NCBI GenBank assembly: GCA_050273025.1
Contig: CP158635.1
Span: forward strand, 14,198,001-14,262,000
Reading direction: 5' to 3'
DNA length: 64,000 bases
Source: Cenococcum geophilum
Lineage: Eukaryota
Of the stretch, positions 60,888-64,000 are shown in pieces; position 1 is the first letter of the stretch, and each line of letters begins with the position of its first letter. The notes under the pieces were generated by a model. The model made no database searches and was not told the DNA's origin. It was given only the letters and a program-made list of their open reading frames with translations. The translations under genes and the position numbers were made by a program.

Positions 60888-63800
60888 TGTCACGAGACGG
60901 GGGCAGTAGCTACAAGACGTATATATTTGAGGAGTCTATAAGACGTTGCGCGATTGATCGTAAGGGTCGAGGGCGTAAGGAGGTGATATACCTACGCGTA
61001 GCTGACATAAGCTGTACGCGAGGTATATGCGAGAGCACGGGGCTCTCCTATGGAGGCCCCTGCGGTAGGGTTCCGTAACACTACCCCCCCTTCTATAGAG
61101 GCGGAGCTCCGGCGACGCTGTGGTTACTATATATATATAGAAGGGACACTTAGGGTATAGAAAAGAAGAAAGGGGGGTATTGCTAAAGGCTTAAAACAAC
61201 GTTATATAATAAGGCTTGGTATCTAAAAATCCAACTAATTAGATAACTTTAACTGCTGGTTAAAGTTCCTAGACATCTTAATGATATTCTAGTTATATAA
61301 TCGCACTTTACCGCAATCTAACGGCAATCTAACGGTAATTTACCCTTATGTGGTAATATATAACGGTTTAACTCTATAAGGGCTCCTATAGAGGATTAGG
61401 TATAAAATCTCTACTTAGGCCCAGTTTCTATAGGTTTATATAGTAAAAGTCGCTAATTAGATCCTTTGCATTTTTAAAGTTTTCCTATAGTTGCCATTCT
61501 GGCTAATTTATGTTAAATCCTATATATATAGCTCTATAGTAAAGCCGTTGTCCTCTACCTTTGCCAAAGTATTTAGAGTTAATAATTCGTTTAATGGTCC
61601 ACTCTTTATAGTTCTCGTCTTCGTTCTTATCTTAAATTAGTACTAGTAGGGGTTTAGGCTATATCTACCTCGGTAAGGGGTTAGGCTAGTAAAGGTATAG
61701 TAGCTATAGGTAAAATATAGGCTATATCCCGCGGGTAGCTAGGGTAGGCGGGAGCTCTAGCTTATATACGGCTCCCCTATTAATAACTCGTTTAATTAGG
61801 TAGGGGCTAAGGTTTTTATAATTAAGTGACTTTATAGGCCTCTATATAGAGATATTATATACATCTAGCTATACCTAGTCGCTAACACGCATCTCCAGTG
61901 GTAGCGTTTTATAATAGTCGGCGAAGTAGGCCTACTTTGCTTAAGCCCAGGCCATTTCTCCCTTATAGTAGTTAAGTAGATTTTTTATACGGTCTATATA
62001 CTAGTTAGTAAGTAGTATCTTAAGGCGTTTTCTATATAGCAGTTTCTTATTAATAGGTTCTAGTAGTTCTATACCGGATTAGGGGTAATATTCCTTATTT
62101 ACAAAAAATAAGGTAAGTCCTATAGTAGTTAAGACGTAGTTATTCGCTACAAATTTACCTAGTAGGAGGTAATCCACCTAGTTATCTTAACTATAGGCGA
62201 CTACCTATTATAGGTACGCTTTTATACTAGCATTAGCGTTTTCTAGTTGCCTAGTAGTTTTATAGTAAAAGAATATAGACATCTTAACGGAGATGCTAAG
62301 GCGTTAGCAGATTCGTCTTTATATATTAGAGCCGAACTATATACCTTAGTCGGACGTAATTAAGTTAGGTAACCTATATAATTAGTAGATTTCGCAGAGG
62401 AAGGCGTTAGTAACGTTAGTAACAGCTACGCCTTTAGTTAGGACGTAGTGGCGCTCTTTTATAAGTTGGTATATTATTATAAGAATATTCTTATAGGTAC
62501 AGCCATGTCGCTTATAGGGTGGTAGGTTAATAATAAAATCTATAGCAATATCTGCCTATCGTTGTATAGGTACTAGTAGAGGGTGTAGTAGTCCTTAGTA
62601 CTTTATATTAAAGGCCTTAGCGCGCTTACAACTATAGCAGGCGCCTATAAAGCGTTTAACTAAGTCTATTATTTTAGGCTAGAAGTAGTATCGGCTAAGA
62701 AGCTTATAGGTTCCTCCCCTACCTAGGTGGCCGCTTAATTAGAGGTTATAGGCCATTTAGATTAGTTACTGTTATAGATTTTCTAAGTTAGGGATAAATA
62801 GACGGCCTTTATAATAGAGCCTATTCTCTTTTACTTCTAAGGCTGCTATATTAATCTAGCCTAAGCTTTAGAGTTTAGTCGGTAGCGTATAGGCGCTAAT
62901 AGTCTTTGCGGCAATAAGTTAATATAATAATAGGTTAATAGAGGTGTTATATGCCGTGGTAATAAGCTTATTAATTTTAGGAGGTAATTCTAGTTCTATA
63001 GTATAGAGCTAAGGTATAGTTAGCTCTATTATAGGTAGTATACCTAGGGCTAAATTCTATGCTTTTAGGATTGTCTATTATTAAAACTGGTTATAAGGGT
63101 TATCTTTAGACTAAGGAAGGTCTTATAAGCGGCGTATTAGGCTATTAGGCTTAGTACCTTATACTCTTAGCCTATATGCAATTTTAAAGTTAAAACTAGA
63201 GAGGAACTTATTCTAGCGTACTTAGCGTTAGTTTAGCTGTTTTATAGTTATAAAGTACTTAAGGTTACGATAATCTGTAAGGACTTTAGTTAGCTAGTTA
63301 GGTTTTGTTAAGAAGAGTTCTAGTTAGAATTCCTTAAACGCTTATATAATCGCGAGAAGTTCCTTATTATAGATCTTGTAGTTATATTCTTATAGTATAA
63401 GCTTAGACAAATAGAATACGACTAAGTAGAGGAGACTGTTATTACCTATTTAGGAAAGGACGCCTACGTTAACGTGGTCTAAGGAGTTAGTTTTAAAATA
63501 GAGTTATTGTCCTGGTATAAAGTGAGCTAGGATAGATGCTTTGGTAAAAGCATTTTTAAGGTCTTAAAACGCCTTCTTGTATTTAGGCGTTTAGATAAAA
63601 TATAGATATGTTTTTCTTCCTTTTACAGAAAGGCCCTTTATTCGCATTATTGCTATAAGTGGTACTATAACACCTAAGAAGTTATATATAAATTTTTAAT
63701 AGAAGTTAGCGAAACCAAGGAAAGCTTATACGTCTTTAATATAGTTAGGGGTTTGCTATTTAGTAATTATATGTACCTTCTTAGGGTCCATACGGACACC

Positions 63801-64000
63801 CTTAATAGTGATAATTAGTTTAAGGTATTTTACTTCTATAACTGAGAATTCGCACTTCTTTAAATTAATATAAAGTCCTACATCCCTAAGGCGCTGTAGG
63901 ACCTTTTAAACGTGCTTAGTATACTTAGAAGGGTTATTGTTATAAATAAGTATATCGTCTAGGTACGTAGAGCAGAAGTCGTTAAGGTAGTCCCATAAGG
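60888..64000 (-). mobile_element. Gypsy G copy 2: 3' LTR 60888-61080, chromodomain, integrase, RNase H and part of RT; runs off the window
   Basis: Colinear with 2439-5550, differing essentially by C/T and G/A transitions. Confidence 0.95.

Noticed and set aside
1..64000. Starship, Helitron, telomere, rRNA or tRNA features
   Set aside because: No tyrosine-recombinase captain, Rep-Pif1 helicase, TTAGGG array or recognisable structural RNA gene was seen.

Overview
Fungal (filamentous ascomycete) genomic DNA with a two-compartment layout. Bases 1 to about 46,100 and 59,761-64,000 are AT-rich, RIP-degraded transposon nests: CpA/TpG are depleted, TpA is enriched, and sister copies differ almost only by transitions. 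LTR/TIR ends and target-site duplications (TSDs) resolve most of the nest by eye. It contains five Ty3/Gypsy elements plus a second copy of one, a probable Copia 5' end, three long copies and one 170-bp stub of a Tad1-like LINE, a 2.3-kb TA-flanked TIR element filled with minisatellites, a RIP-killed RecQ-type helicase gene and a hAT 5' half. Between the nests is a GC-balanced gene island of about 13.6 kb. It holds an MFS transporter, two spliced paralogous single-TM small proteins that the ORF track only partly shows, a fold-back MITE, ku70 head-to-head with ferrochelatase (hem15), and an 8-Cys small secreted protein. The most notable items are the paralogous small membrane-protein pair (conserved intron, C-terminal motif and upstream block), a LINE copy whose TSD encloses an extra 1.84-kb 5' segment, the minisatellite-filled TIR element, and the RIPped helicase with a structured flank. 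All calls were made by reading the sequence; no searches were run, and de-RIPped translations are manual reconstructions.
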